Shown: positions 47,855 to 59,607 of the stretch, in pieces
Layout: every line of letters starts with the position of its first letter
Numbering within the stretch: the stretch's first letter is position 1
Assembly (NCBI GenBank): GCA_017552705.1
Contig: JAFZOY010000045.1
Location: 11,405 to 75,404, forward strand
Reading direction: 5' to 3'
Length of the DNA stretch: 64,000 nt
Origin: Bacteroidales bacterium
Lineage (GTDB): Bacteria > Bacteroidota > Bacteroidia > Bacteroidales > UBA1715
The notes under the pieces: model-generated
What the model was told of the DNA's origin: nothing
The model's database searches: none
What the model saw: the letters and a program-made list of their open reading frames with translations, nothing else
Program-made: the position numbers and the translations under genes

Positions 47855-50800
47855 ATGAAGCGCTTCATTGTTATATTAGTGCTCTTATGCAGTAGTATTG
47901 TTTACGGACAGTACTCAAATTTATGGATTGATTATTCCCAAACCTATTATAAGATTCCTGTAACATCGGAAGGTGTGTATAGGGTTACGTATGCTGATTT
48001 GATTGCAAATGGCATTTCAGTCGGTGATTTCGATCATAGAAATCTTCAGATAATTCATAACGGCGAGGTGCTTCCGCTGTTCGTTTCCGCACAAAGCGAT
48101 GGAATATTCCGCGCTACGGATTATTTTGAGTTTTACGCGGAAAGCGGCAATACTGGCTGGCTCGATGCACAAGTATATTTCTCGGGAAAACCGTTCAATC
48201 CGCAATATAGTTTGTATAACGATACGGCGGCATATTTCCTAACATTTGCCAATACACTGACCAGTCCCCGTTATGATACGGTGAGGTCGGAGAATTTTTC
48301 AAAATATACGCCGCAACCGTACTGTTTGCGGACAGTACGTTCTAATTACACCTCGACTTTTAACACGACAAATTCTTCATCGTACATATTGCCGTCGGAA
48401 GGATGGACTGATGCGTATTTCGATATGGGGGAAAGCGTTTCGAAGGGACTTATAACAACAAATTATGCTGAAGTTGGTGTTGCCTCGGAAATTTCGTTCG
48501 GACTAGGTGGCTTTTCGCAAACGGAACATAATGTGATAGTTACCTTATCGTCGGATGATTCGTTTCGTTGGGACACGATTTATGATGATTATGAAGCAGT
48601 CCATAAAACAATACGGACAACAAAACCTTTGTCTGCTGTCACTACGTTGAAGTTCCAAAGTGTTGCCGATGATAAGTCTGCGGACAAAAACACAATTTCG
48701 TATGTGCAGATTACATATCCTGCCACGTTCAATTGCAATAATCAACCTCGAATGGCATTTGATTTGCCTGAGATTCCGCAAGGAGATACCATTTTGTTAA
48801 AGTTCGAAAATCTTAATGCGGGCAGTTCCGCACCAATTTTGTATTGCCCGGAAATCCAGAAACGAATTCTTACAACGGCTCAAGACGGCATGTTTATCGC
48901 TCTTGTTCCGAATTGTCATAAGCGACTACATTGTGTGCTGATTTCTCAGCAGGCGTTTTCGAGAGTTTCTGAGATTCAGTCTGTTGCATCTAACAATAGC
49001 TCCGAATCAAAATTCTTTGATTTTTCGCAGTTGGAGCATCAGGGCGATTATATTATTATCACCAATAAAAAGCTGTGGCAACAGGCTTTATTGTATAAAC
49101 AGTATCGCCAATCAACAGGACAGACTGTGGTGTTGGTCGATATAGATGAATTGTACAACCAATTTGCGTACGGCGTTCGTACGCATCCCTATGCAATTTC
49201 CTCGTTTATTGCCTACGCATTGAGAAATTGGTCGATTGTGCCAGAACATGTGTTCTTGATAGGCAAAGGATTCCATGTGTCTGATTTTCGGAACAATGCG
49301 TCGCTTTACGATCGTTTGCTGGTTCCCACAATGGGAAATCCTGCCAGCGATTTGTTGTTTACAATGAATACCCACGGAAGTTCAATACGCACGAATATTG
49401 CGATAGGTCGTCTGTCTGCGGAAACGCCTGCGGAAGTGGCAATTTACCGCCAAAAGGTGATGGATTTCGAAGCACAGGAACCAAGTCCGTGGATGAAGAA
49501 TGTGATTCACTTTGGAGGCGGAACCACAGCTGTTGAACAGACAACATTTCGCCGTTATTTGACGCAATATGCGCAGTCGCTGCGTGGTGAGTATTTTGGA
49601 GCGGATGTCCATTCGTTTTACAAACAAAGTTCCGATGTGTATGAAAGTACTGAGCCAGAGGCAATTCGAAAATATGTGAATGAAGGTACAGCCCTGATAA
49701 CCTTCTTTGGACATGCTTCGGGAAGCGGTTTTGACCAAAATATCGACCATCCGTCGATATTCGACAATCAAGGGCGTTATCCGCTTATATTGGCGAATTC
49801 GTGTTATTCGGGTGATATTTTTGCCGACAACGACTACAATGTGAGCAAGATTTGGACATTTGCCGAGAATCGAGGCGCAATAGGGTTCTTGGCGAATGTT
49901 GGAACTGGTGTCCCCAATTATTTGAATATTTTTTCATCTGCTTTCGTGCGTAATATTTCCTATTCAAATTATGGGAAATCGATTGGCTCGAGTGTTGCGA
50001 AAACAATGAATGACTTGTCGAACAAATCGTATGTGTATGCCGGATTGTATGAGGGAATAATTGGTTTTACTCTGCAAGGGGATCCCATTGTGAAATTGCA
50101 TTCTTTCGAAAAACCAGATTTGGCAGTTGATGAATCGTCGGTATTTTTCACTCCTACAATTCTTTCGACTGATATGGAAACTATGACTGTGAATTTTGTC
50201 GTGCGGAACAATGGACGCGCGTTTGCTTCTCAATATGTGTTGCGGGCAACATTTACATCGTCGGCGGGAGATGAATTTGTGCTCGAAAAAATGGTAAGCG
50301 GCGCATATTGCCGCGACACGCTCTCATACGAACTGTCAATGGATAATTTTACATCGGGAGATTATACGTTGAAATTGGAAGTCGATTCAGAGCAGGAAAT
50401 AGAAGAGTTAAACGAAAGTAATAACGAAACAGAGATTTCGTTTTTCATCAGTACGCGCGAAATGTTGCCGATTTATCCTACAGATTGCGCTATAATTCCT
50501 TCGAATACAGTGACTTTGTATATGTCGTCGGTTGATGCGCAGAATCCGCCAAAAGCTGTGATTGTGGAAATTGATACCGTTTGTACATACGATTCTCCAT
50601 TGAAATTATCAACGACAATACAAACTGATGGCTCGTCGATAGTTTCGTGGACACCAAGTCTTACTCTCATTGATAACACAACATATTTTTGGCGTGTAAC
50701 AACCTCTGATACATTGAAATGGAATGAATATTCGTTCACCTACGAGGATGGAAAATTAGGGTGGGGACAGATACATCGTCGTCAGTTTGTGGGAAATACG

Positions 50801-52735
50801 TTACGGCATTTGTCGTACAATGACACTATAAAGAAATATTCTTTTTTGTCGCAACCTCACGAGATTTCGGTGAAGACGCGTGGAAATGCGGCTAATAAAA
50901 AAGATTATTATGAATGTTTGTTTGCCATAGACGAGACAATGATGGAAAATACGGGCTTTCCTGAGAATTCGCCGGCATTGCATTTGATTGTGCTTGATTC
51001 CGCAACGCTTGACCCGTGGTTGTCGAGCCGTGCGAATTATGGTCAGCGGAACTACCCTTCGGCAAACGGACGGGTGCGCTATTATATGGCGTTTACGGCA
51101 AATAATGCAGCTGCTCAAAAAAATATGGCAACATTGTTATTGGATTCCATTCCCGATGGAAATTATATTTTGTGCTATAGTTATATAAATCCATATTGCC
51201 AGTCATGGGATGAATCCTTGAAAAACGCTATGGATTCGTTGGGTTTTTCTGCGTATAAGGATGTTCCCGACGATTATCCGTATATTTTCTATATGCAAAA
51301 AGGCGACACAACCACTTGCGAGGAAATCGTGGGAGATTCCGCTCGGGCGTTGATTAATTTTAGAAAGGTTTTATATGCGAATTACACAGATGGGAAAATC
51401 TATTCTCCGAAAATTGGACCAGCATCGAATTTCCACAGCGTGGTATGGAATGCAAAGCAAAAAAGGCAGGATAAAGCCTATGTATTAGTTTCGATGGTGA
51501 CGCAAACCGATCAGGAATATTCATTTATGTCGATTCAAGAACCAAGGGAAAGTGTGATTACATCAGTGATTCCAACCGACACATATCCGTATTTGCGCTT
51601 GACTTGCCACATGGAGGATGTGGAGCGTACGCCTATTGACATGCAGAGTTGGAAGGTGTATTACACACCGACGGCTGAATTGGCGGCATCGCCACGATAT
51701 GCTTTCTCGTTCTCGAACGATTCTGTACAGCAGGGCGAGGAGGCGAAAGTGGTCGTTTCTGCCCGAAATGTGGCTCCTGTTGATATGGATAGCATAGTGG
51801 TGTTGTATGAAATTAGAAATAGTTCCAATGAGTTGGTGTATGAACAATATAAAGTGATAGGTGATTGTAAATCAAACCAATACATTATTGATACCAATGA
51901 ATTCGACACGAAAACATTTGTAGGTGAATACACGTTGAAGGTTGAATTTAATCCAATAAATCCGGAAACGGGCGTATATTATCAAGAAGAATCTGTGCGT
52001 TTCAATAATGTGTTGTACCATACATTTTGTGTTGTGCAGGACAAAAGTGCGCCTATCGTTGATGTAACAATTGATGGACGGCATTTGCGGAATGGCGACA
52101 ATGTGTCTGCTGCGCCTGAAATTCGGATACTACTGTTCGATGAAAATGAATATTTCCCGATTAGTTCCGACACAAGTTTGTTTACCATAACGCTTGTGAA
52201 TGTGGAAACCAATGAGCAAATCCCGTGTTATTTCTCAGATAGTACGGTGTATCTACTTTTATCTGAATCGAGTGCGAATAAGTCGGTTGCAATATGTAAA
52301 CCTACATTCGCTGAAGAAGGAGGGTATGAGTTACGTGTTCAGGTTCATGATGTTACGGGAAATTTATCGTCGTCGCAAGAATATACCATTCAATTTACAG
52401 TTTCGTTCGACAATCGGGTGTCTGTTTTATACAATTATCCAAATCCGTGTTTGGATTACACAACATTCCGTTTTGTGTTGTCGGGAGCGGAAATTCCTTC
52501 GGAAGTGTATATAGAAATTGTAGATGATAAAGGACAAAAGAAGTTGCAGATACCAGTGAATTCGGTACATATTGGTACAAATGAAGTCCTTGTTTCGTGG
52601 AAAAAAGACTATGATTTGTCGGAGGGTGTGTATTTCTATCGGTTGATGTTTGATGGAAAGTCCTCGTGGGGACATTTACCTATTTCCAAAGGTTTGATTA
52701 AGAAGGAATGGGGCAGAATGATAATCCTTCGTTAA
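47855..52735 (+). CDS. C25 (gingipain) family cysteine peptidase, PorU-like, with CARDB-like and C-terminal CTD domains
   Basis: YKIPVTSEGVYRV, DELYNQF, IGRL, catalytic FFGHAS and ANSCYSG, LQGDP, ELNESNN, YNYPNP..GVYFYRL. Confidence 0.85.
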   Translation: MKRFIVILVLLCSSIVYGQYSNLWIDYSQTYYKIPVTSEGVYRVTYADLIANGISVGDFDHRNLQIIHNGEVLPLFVSAQSDGIFRATDYFEFYAESGNTGWLDAQVYFSGKPFNPQYSLYNDTAAYFLTFANTLTSPRYDTVRSENFSKYTPQPYCLRTVRSNYTSTFNTTNSSSYILPSEGWTDAYFDMGESVSKGLITTNYAEVGVASEISFGLGGFSQTEHNVIVTLSSDDSFRWDTIYDDYEAVHKTIRTTKPLSAVTTLKFQSVADDKSADKNTISYVQITYPATFNCNNQPRMAFDLPEIPQGDTILLKFENLNAGSSAPILYCPEIQKRILTTAQDGMFIALVPNCHKRLHCVLISQQAFSRVSEIQSVASNNSSESKFFDFSQLEHQGDYIIITNKKLWQQALLYKQYRQSTGQTVVLVDIDELYNQFAYGVRTHPYAISSFIAYALRNWSIVPEHVFLIGKGFHVSDFRNNASLYDRLLVPTMGNPASDLLFTMNTHGSSIRTNIAIGRLSAETPAEVAIYRQKVMDFEAQEPSPWMKNVIHFGGGTTAVEQTTFRRYLTQYAQSLRGEYFGADVHSFYKQSSDVYESTEPEAIRKYVNEGTALITFFGHASGSGFDQNIDHPSIFDNQGRYPLILANSCYSGDIFADNDYNVSKIWTFAENRGAIGFLANVGTGVPNYLNIFSSAFVRNISYSNYGKSIGSSVAKTMNDLSNKSYVYAGLYEGIIGFTLQGDPIVKLHSFEKPDLAVDESSVFFTPTILSTDMETMTVNFVVRNNGRAFASQYVLRATFTSSAGDEFVLEKMVSGAYCRDTLSYELSMDNFTSGDYTLKLEVDSEQEIEELNESNNETEISFFISTREMLPIYPTDCAIIPSNTVTLYMSSVDAQNPPKAVIVEIDTVCTYDSPLKLSTTIQTDGSSIVSWTPSLTLIDNTTYFWRVTTSDTLKWNEYSFTYEDGKLGWGQIHRRQFVGNTLRHLSYNDTIKKYSFLSQPHEISVKTRGNAANKKDYYECLFAIDETMMENTGFPENSPALHLIVLDSATLDPWLSSRANYGQRNYPSANGRVRYYMAFTANNAAAQKNMATLLLDSIPDGNYILCYSYINPYCQSWDESLKNAMDSLGFSAYKDVPDDYPYIFYMQKGDTTTCEEIVGDSARALINFRKVLYANYTDGKIYSPKIGPASNFHSVVWNAKQKRQDKAYVLVSMVTQTDQEYSFMSIQEPRESVITSVIPTDTYPYLRLTCHMEDVERTPIDMQSWKVYYTPTAELAASPRYAFSFSNDSVQQGEEAKVVVSARNVAPVDMDSIVVLYEIRNSSNELVYEQYKVIGDCKSNQYIIDTNEFDTKTFVGEYTLKVEFNPINPETGVYYQEESVRFNNVLYHTFCVVQDKSAPIVDVTIDGRHLRNGDNVSAAPEIRILLFDENEYFPISSDTSLFTITLVNVETNEQIPCYFSDSTVYLLLSESSANKSVAICKPTFAEEGGYELRVQVHDVTGNLSSSQEYTIQFTVSFDNRVSVLYNYPNPCLDYTTFRFVLSGAEIPSEVYIEIVDDKGQKKLQIPVNSVHIGTNEVLVSWKKDYDLSEGVYFYRLMFDGKSSWGHLPISKGLIKKEWGRMIILR

Positions 52736-53752
52736 TTACAAGCTGTGTGGGCAGCGAATTGCATTCATTCTTCGGCTCTTGTTTTGATATGCTGTAATGT
52801 ACGAAATAGTGATTTCAAATGCTCCGTGACCGTTGCTTGCGGTGCGTAGCGATGAAATGTTGAGGTCATAGTCAAGCATAATGTCGAAATCCATATATTG
52901 GCACCCAACGCCAAAAATAACAGCATCTTTGTTTTTTGAACGAAACCAAACCCCCGTTTGTACTTGCGAAATGCTTGCGTTATCGAAATAGAAAATTCCC
53001 ATTCCACCAAAGTGGAATTCATGCTGTTTCCCTTGGAACTGCATCTTGAATCCAGGGATTAAGTCAATATTTTGGGTTACGCTGAGTTTTGCCGTTCCGT
53101 GAAGTACGGAGCGTGTGCGGAGCCGTACATCGTTTTCATTGTAGAACGAAACATTGGGGCGGTTTATGTTGTATAATGCATAACCAGCTGTGTATGAGTG
53201 CGCTTTGTCTTGCTTGTATGTAAGTTGCACTCCTGCGTGTAAATTTACATACGTTTGGGAATTCATATCAAGAGCCTCGGAAATTTCAATATCGGAATCA
53301 AATTTGTTGCCGTTGAATTGTTCGCTGAAAGTGAGGTCGTTGTAATCGAATGAATTATAGTAAATAGCGGGCATGATTCCATACGAAAGTATGACTTTTG
53401 AGCCAGCCAAATTCAAATGCTGGGCAAAAGGAATTCCGCACTGTACCGTGTTGTAGTTGGCGTCGCCAGCCTTGTCGAAGTTTAGCACGAGACCATAGCC
53501 CAAAATATAATTCCAATAGCGTTTTTCGATTTTTCCGTCAAAATTGGCACTGATTGTTTGGTATGGTTGTGCAACTGTTCGGTATTGGTCGCGGTATGCA
53601 AGGCAAAAACGATATTTCCCAGTGAAAAATCCAGTCTCGGCGGGGTTGAGATTCAGCGTGTTGGTGTAAAAATTCGAAAAGTGAATATCTTGCGCATTCG
53701 CTTGAAGTACGAAATAAAAGAAAAGCAGATATGTCAACGCTTTTTTGAGCAT
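52736..53752 (-). CDS. PorP/SprF family type IX secretion membrane protein
   Basis: AQDIHFSNF..LNPAETG, YRDQY, YDLNISSL, GAFEI. Translationally coupled to the upstream adhesin gene. Confidence 0.92.
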   Translation of the reverse strand: MLKKALTYLLFFYFVLQANAQDIHFSNFYTNTLNLNPAETGFFTGKYRFCLAYRDQYRTVAQPYQTISANFDGKIEKRYWNYILGYGLVLNFDKAGDANYNTVQCGIPFAQHLNLAGSKVILSYGIMPAIYYNSFDYNDLTFSEQFNGNKFDSDIEISEALDMNSQTYVNLHAGVQLTYKQDKAHSYTAGYALYNINRPNVSFYNENDVRLRTRSVLHGTAKLSVTQNIDLIPGFKMQFQGKQHEFHFGGMGIFYFDNASISQVQTGVWFRSKNKDAVIFGVGCQYMDFDIMLDYDLNISSLRTASNGHGAFEITISYITAYQNKSRRMNAIRCPHSL

Positions 53753-56700
53753 TATCGAATCAAAGTAATGTTTCCTTTCGCCTCAAACTCTTCGCCATTG
53801 AAGCAGGTAGCTTTTAGATAATATACAAAGACTTGCGGAGCAAGTGGTTTCCCGTGATATGTGCCGTCCCAGAAATCTTTTGTGTTGTTTGTCTCAAAGA
53901 TTTTTTCGCCCCAGCGGTCAAAAATTGCAAATTCAAGCTCGGAAACTACACCGCTATGTACTTGAATTACATCGTTTTTCCCGTCGTTATTTGGCGTGAA
54001 TGCAGTAGGTACAAAAATAAATGGAATGTCGCAAATCCATTCCGAAGCCCGCACATTCACTGTATCGCTGTTGTGGCATCCATACGTGTCGGTTGCCAGA
54101 ACGGTGAATGTCATTTCAAGCGCAATGTCGGGAACCAGCTCGACAACAGGTTGAGTATTGTCGGTCATCCAAATGTTAGGCGTCCAAACGTAACTGATAG
54201 TGTCGGATGGGTTGTTCGTGGCGTGAAGTTTTGTGGTTTGGCCGAGATACATATTTGGATTATCGGCGTACGCGTTCACGTCGGGAAGTTTTTCTTCAAG
54301 TACGATTTTCACCGAATGGGCCAACGAATCCATGCAGTTGTTGGCATCGCTGAGGGAGACAGAGTAGGTACGTGGACACAACCCAGTGATTTTTTCAGCT
54401 GTTTTACCATTCGACCATTTAAACGTGTATGGTGGCGTTCCACCCGATGCTACAGCACGGATAGAACCATTGCAGGCACCTCGGCACGTTTCGTTGGTGT
54501 GCAAAAGTGTGTCGAGTTTGAGTATGTCGGGTTCCGTAACGTTCACAGTCAATGTGCTTTTACAACCTAAACTATCTGTAACGACAACTGTGTATGTGCC
54601 TTCCCCTAAGTCTTTCCTCAAATAATTTGTGGAATTGTCCTCCCATTGGTATTTGTAGGGCGGAATTCCCGTAGGTTCAACTTCAAACCGGGCATTTTGC
54701 AACCCATGGCATGTTATTGGCCTGAAATTCTTTACGTTAACGCCGAGGCTATCGACGCTAATATGAACACTATCGTAGTAAGTGCAGCCGATAACGTCGG
54801 TCGCTTTGACTACGAAATCCGTGGAGTGGGTGGGGTTTACGTGCGGATTTGCTTTGTTGTCGTCATATTTTATGAATTCTTTTGGTTCCCAATCGTACCA
54901 AAGTTCGTTTTCAGGAGTAAGGTTTTTAACCTCGATTTGCACTAAATCGCCTGCGCAAATCGTGTCGGAGCCCTCAACCGCAATCTCATTGTGATATACC
55001 TCAATTGTAATGGAATCAACAGCCTCGAAATCGCAATATGTGCTAAGTGTTTTTACATAATATGTGGTTGTTTCCATTGGTAGGAATGAAATGTAATTGA
55101 CGGAAAAATCAGGGTTGATGATTTTATTGAATTTTTTATCGGTTGACCATAAATACCGTTGCGATGGCGCATTTGTCTCTACTTCCAATCGCACCCGCTC
55201 GCCTTGACATACTTTGGGCGTTTGCGATTGTCCATTTTGAAAGACATTTATTTGTCTGATAAAATAGTTTTCGTTATAAGTATTCACTGTTTGTTTATAG
55301 ATAGTTTGGCACCAACCAGACGTAACCGTAAGTTGGTATGTTGTGGTGTCGTTTGGCTTTGCGTATGTGTGTGGTTGTGATGGGTCTTCAAGCCAATCGG
55401 AAGGAGTCCAGCTATATTCCAGATTTTCATCGTATTCATTTGGAATGCCAATGAGTACGCTTTCGCCCAAGCAGATATTTTTCACATCGAGCAATTCTTC
55501 TTTCACTTTGGTGGAAACGGTGAGTAACTTCGAAACGCTGTCGCTTTGGTTGCATGATGTGGAATCTTGCACGTGAAGCGTTACCAGATATTCTCCGATA
55601 GTAGGATACGTGTGCGTTGGAGATTCTTCATTCGAAGTTGTGCCGTCCCCGAAATCCCATGTGTAGATTACGTGTGGGTTGTTGTAGTGGATTTCTGTCG
55701 TGTTTTTGAACGTTACCTCCTTGGTTGCGCAACCAACCTCAGGAATGTCGAAATCGGCGGAAATCAGTCCGAAGTCAATCACAAAACGGAACACTGCCGC
55801 ATTGCAGTTCGATGAATTGTTTTGAGTTGACCACACGCCTGGATTCGGACTGATAGGAAAACCATTGCAACCGCCGCAACTTGCACATACACTTTGATAT
55901 ACGTAGCCGTTCGCATCGAAACGACTGGTTCCGCCATCAACGTGGTCGTGGCCACTATATTCGCAACCGTAATAAGTATATCCAGTTGTTGCAGAGTAAA
56001 TTACGTAGGCATCGGCGAGTTCGCCAAAATAACTTGCGTAGTCAAGATTTTTAGCCTCGTCGTCGAGCACCATAATGTAGAAATCTTTGCCATCGGTGTC
56101 TTTCTGATAGGCATCGGCGGTGATGTCCATTCCTTTTGTGCCCACCACGGAAAGCCAGCCGTAATCGTAAATCAACGTATATTCATTGCCGTAGTATCTC
56201 CATTGTGGGTTTTTAGTCCATTCTCGTCCAACGCCGGCAAGATATATTCTGTTGCAAATATCGACTTCGAAGGCAGTGGGTGAAATGTTTGGCTCGCCGG
56301 AACCATTCCCAAATACAGTTGACCATCGGAGTTTGCTCAAGTCGTTGGTGAACGAGGCAAGGAATTGTCCGCTGTTTGGGGTGTTGTAATCTGCATTGAA
56401 AATGAGCGTTTCGTCGGGAGCGGTTGTTTGCCCGAAAATAAACACATCGTTGTTGGAATTTACACGAATAAAATGTGCTTGGTCGTATTCCATGGAACCA
56501 AAGAATGTTCCCGACAAAATTGAGCCGTCCGTTTGACTGAGTTTCACTACAAACGCATCAACAGTGCCACCGATACGTGTAGGTTGGTAACCGTCGTTGG
56601 GGATAGGTAGCGATGGCGAACATGTTCCACCTGTAATGTAGGCTCCATCACCGTGGTCAACATCGATGGAGTAGGCGGCATCCTTACTTTCGCCTCCGAT

Positions 56701-58200
56701 GAACGTGCTCCAGAGCAGGGATGATAGGTCGGAAGAAAACTTGCAGGCAACACCATCTTGTACACCGCCGAATGTGTTTTGAAAGCCGTTCAATATTGGG
56801 AAATCGTCAGAAAAAGTTGTTGAGGCAATATATACATTGTCTCTTTCGTCAATCATAATTTCGCCGCGGGCTCCATCGCCGTAGTTGTGGTATAGAGAAT
56901 CGTGGCCATAGTATAGGTCGGTTTCCCAACTGAAATTTATGCCATCGTTTTTGCTTCCGCCCAAATATGTTGACGAAAGAATTTCGGAACCATCGGCTGC
57001 CAGTTTTGCAACAAAAATATCAACGCCATTTTCGAATGCAATAATGTTGTCGTATACAATTGGGTCGCCACCCGAAAAAGTGCTTTGATATCCGTTGTAG
57101 ATAGGAAAATCGTCAGAGCCTGTCGTCCCTAAAATCAGCAATTCGTTGTTGCTATTGACAATAAGGCTATGTGGCATTTCGCTGCTTTTCCCGCCAAGAT
57201 ACGTCGCGTACAATCGATTTTGTCCGGTACCGTCAAGTTTTATCAGTCCTATGTCCCAGCTTCCACCGGCAAATTCCTCTTGGATTGCGCCTAACGAAAT
57301 TGGAAATCCAAAGTCCTCGACAATACCACCAAGGTAGGCATTGTTTTCGCTGTCGTAGGTCGCCGTGAATCCCCAGTTGTCGGCGGTTGAACCCGTATAG
57401 GTCGAAAATATCAAGTCGGGATCTATGTAGAGAGTAAACGATGGATTGTATGCTCCGAGGTCGTATGTTACGGTAAAGTGTTCCAAGTGGTATGAGCAGG
57501 GAATCTCAATTGTGTCGTTTCCTATAATCTGATATGCAAATGGCTTTTTTTCAAAAACTTGGTTCACCGAAGTTTGAATAACCAATGTGCCGTCGGCTTG
57601 AACTTTCATTGACGGAATATGACTGTAGTCCAATCTGATTTTTTGCGGATTTCCACCGGGACGGACAATAAAATCGTATTTCAAATCGGTGGAATTTCCA
57701 TATAAATGCAAATCAATATTTTTGTATAAATCGTTGTATATTACGTCGTTGTAGCTTCGTACGTTTGTTGACCAATTTTTCGGATTCGAGCCTTTAAGAT
57801 AGTTCTCCACATACGGACTTTGGTTATATCCATTAATTTTCACACGAGAGTTCATGCCCGAAAAACGAACCTGATATGCGTGCGCTTTTGCGCTGTCGGG
57901 GTGGGTGTTCTCAATAGGCATCTGTTTCCCCGTTTTCATAAAATAGTTTCGACTGCTGTCCAAAAACTGTTCGTCGATATCGTCGGTGGCATGGCGGTGG
58001 TGCAAACTCTCCTCGTCCTTGAAATAGTATGTCAGTCCGTTTTTTTCTAAAAACACGTACCCACCGTACAACTGGCTACGAAATAATACGTTTTCTTGCC
58101 ACTGGTGCTTATTTTCGGTGAAAAAAATCGCCGATTTCTGTGCAACAGTCTCAATTGAGAAAACCGCAAGAACCAGTATTACAATCGTAAACTTTTTCAT
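53752..58200 (-). CDS. T9SS type B CTD (gliding motility-associated C-terminal domain) surface protein with SBBP-like propeller, PKD and SprB-like repeats
   Basis: FTENKHQW, STYLGG repeats, WDFGDG, GGTPPYTFKWSNG. C-terminal VPTAFTPNNDGKND..IFDRWG..WDG..KGNITLIR. Confidence 0.9.
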   Translation of the reverse strand: MKKFTIVILVLAVFSIETVAQKSAIFFTENKHQWQENVLFRSQLYGGYVFLEKNGLTYYFKDEESLHHRHATDDIDEQFLDSSRNYFMKTGKQMPIENTHPDSAKAHAYQVRFSGMNSRVKINGYNQSPYVENYLKGSNPKNWSTNVRSYNDVIYNDLYKNIDLHLYGNSTDLKYDFIVRPGGNPQKIRLDYSHIPSMKVQADGTLVIQTSVNQVFEKKPFAYQIIGNDTIEIPCSYHLEHFTVTYDLGAYNPSFTLYIDPDLIFSTYTGSTADNWGFTATYDSENNAYLGGIVEDFGFPISLGAIQEEFAGGSWDIGLIKLDGTGQNRLYATYLGGKSSEMPHSLIVNSNNELLILGTTGSDDFPIYNGYQSTFSGGDPIVYDNIIAFENGVDIFVAKLAADGSEILSSTYLGGSKNDGINFSWETDLYYGHDSLYHNYGDGARGEIMIDERDNVYIASTTFSDDFPILNGFQNTFGGVQDGVACKFSSDLSSLLWSTFIGGESKDAAYSIDVDHGDGAYITGGTCSPSLPIPNDGYQPTRIGGTVDAFVVKLSQTDGSILSGTFFGSMEYDQAHFIRVNSNNDVFIFGQTTAPDETLIFNADYNTPNSGQFLASFTNDLSKLRWSTVFGNGSGEPNISPTAFEVDICNRIYLAGVGREWTKNPQWRYYGNEYTLIYDYGWLSVVGTKGMDITADAYQKDTDGKDFYIMVLDDEAKNLDYASYFGELADAYVIYSATTGYTYYGCEYSGHDHVDGGTSRFDANGYVYQSVCASCGGCNGFPISPNPGVWSTQNNSSNCNAAVFRFVIDFGLISADFDIPEVGCATKEVTFKNTTEIHYNNPHVIYTWDFGDGTTSNEESPTHTYPTIGEYLVTLHVQDSTSCNQSDSVSKLLTVSTKVKEELLDVKNICLGESVLIGIPNEYDENLEYSWTPSDWLEDPSQPHTYAKPNDTTTYQLTVTSGWCQTIYKQTVNTYNENYFIRQINVFQNGQSQTPKVCQGERVRLEVETNAPSQRYLWSTDKKFNKIINPDFSVNYISFLPMETTTYYVKTLSTYCDFEAVDSITIEVYHNEIAVEGSDTICAGDLVQIEVKNLTPENELWYDWEPKEFIKYDDNKANPHVNPTHSTDFVVKATDVIGCTYYDSVHISVDSLGVNVKNFRPITCHGLQNARFEVEPTGIPPYKYQWEDNSTNYLRKDLGEGTYTVVVTDSLGCKSTLTVNVTEPDILKLDTLLHTNETCRGACNGSIRAVASGGTPPYTFKWSNGKTAEKITGLCPRTYSVSLSDANNCMDSLAHSVKIVLEEKLPDVNAYADNPNMYLGQTTKLHATNNPSDTISYVWTPNIWMTDNTQPVVELVPDIALEMTFTVLATDTYGCHNSDTVNVRASEWICDIPFIFVPTAFTPNNDGKNDVIQVHSGVVSELEFAIFDRWGEKIFETNNTKDFWDGTYHGKPLAPQVFVYYLKATCFNGEEFEAKGNITLIR

Positions 58201-58374
58201 ATACGAGTAAGACAGATAATTTGGGGTAAAGTTACAAAAAAATGTTGTTACGTACGAAATACACGTAATTTATTACGGATTCGAATATTTTTCTTAGTTT
58301 TTGCTTTCATTTTGAAATATAATCCATTTATTTGCAATGAAAAATTTAGTCAAAGAGTATAAAACGATTTCAAT

Positions 58375-59607
58375 ATGGCTTGTATCAATAACAATTTCCT
58401 AAAGATTCACGAAAGTTATTTGTTTACCGAAATAGCGCACAAAGTTGCGGAATATAAGGCTTCGCATGCTGATGCGTCTGTTATTAGTCTTGGCATTGGC
58501 GATGTGACGCGTCCGATTTGTCCTACTGTGATACAGGCTCTGCACAAGGCTGTTGACGAAATGGCAAGTCCAGAAACGTTCAGAGGCTATGGACCGGAAC
58601 ATGGTTATAAATTCTTGATACAAACCATAATAGAGCACGACTACAAAGCCCGTGGCATCGAACTCGACGAGGAAGAAGTGTTTATCAGCGACGGTGCGAA
58701 AAGCGACCTTGGAAACATAGGCGATTTGTTCGATTTCAGCAACTTGGTCGCTGTGACCGATCCGGTTTATCCTGTTTATGTGGATTCAAACGTGATGGCT
58801 GGACGAGCAGGAATTATGGGGAAAGATGGTCGTTGGAGCAATATAGTGTATCTTCCTTGCAGCAGCGAGAATAAATTTGTGCCTGCTCTGCCGAAATTAG
58901 TCCCTGACATTATTTATCTCTGTTATCCCAACAATCCCACAGGAACCACGCTCACCAAGTCGCAGCTGAAAGTGTGGGTTGACTATGCTCGGGAACACGG
59001 TGTGCTGATTTTGTTCGACTCTGCATACGAAGCATTCATTACCGAACCCGATGTGCCACATAGCATATATGAAATACCTGGAGCAAAAGATGTGGCGATA
59101 GAATTTCGCAGTTTTTCGAAAACCGCTGGGTTTACTGGCTTACGTTGCGGTTACACGGTTGTTCCTAAAACTGTGACTGCATCGGCATCCGACGGCTCTC
59201 GAATTGCACTGAACCATCTTTGGAACAGACGGCAATGTACGAAGTTCAACGGTACGGCATACATTGTGCAACGTGCCGCCGAGGCAATCTATTCCGAACA
59301 AGGACAAAAGGAAATCAAGGAAAATATTGCGTATTATTTGCTGAACGCAAAAATCATCAGAGACGGACTTTCATACGAAGGAATGAAAGTGTATGGTGGC
59401 GTGAACGCACCGTATATTTGGGCAAAAACACCCGATGGCGTGGATTCATGGAGTTTCTTCGACCAAGTGCTTACAAAATGTAACGTGGTTGTAACGCCAG
59501 GCGTGGGCTTCGGACCACAAGGCGAAGGATATGTTCGTTTAACGGCATTCGGCAGCCGCGAGAATTGCGTGGAAGCAGTAAAACGATTCTCAAAAATATT
59601 TAAATAA
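58375..59607 (+). CDS. dapL: LL-diaminopimelate aminotransferase
   Basis: [47 protein letters not shown]. Confidence 0.96.
   Translation: MACINNNFLKIHESYLFTEIAHKVAEYKASHADASVISLGIGDVTRPICPTVIQALHKAVDEMASPETFRGYGPEHGYKFLIQTIIEHDYKARGIELDEEEVFISDGAKSDLGNIGDLFDFSNLVAVTDPVYPVYVDSNVMAGRAGIMGKDGRWSNIVYLPCSSENKFVPALPKLVPDIIYLCYPNNPTGTTLTKSQLKVWVDYAREHGVLILFDSAYEAFITEPDVPHSIYEIPGAKDVAIEFRSFSKTAGFTGLRCGYTVVPKTVTASASDGSRIALNHLWNRRQCTKFNGTAYIVQRAAEAIYSEQGQKEIKENIAYYLLNAKIIRDGLSYEGMKVYGGVNAPYIWAKTPDGVDSWSFFDQVLTKCNVVVTPGVGFGPQGEGYVRLTAFGSRENCVEAVKRFSKIFK

Noticed and set aside
53833-54570. Long antisense ORFs (for example 245 aa here, 216 aa at 31222, 212 aa at 43668)
   Set aside because: Shadows of well-supported genes on the opposite strand, with no motifs of their own.
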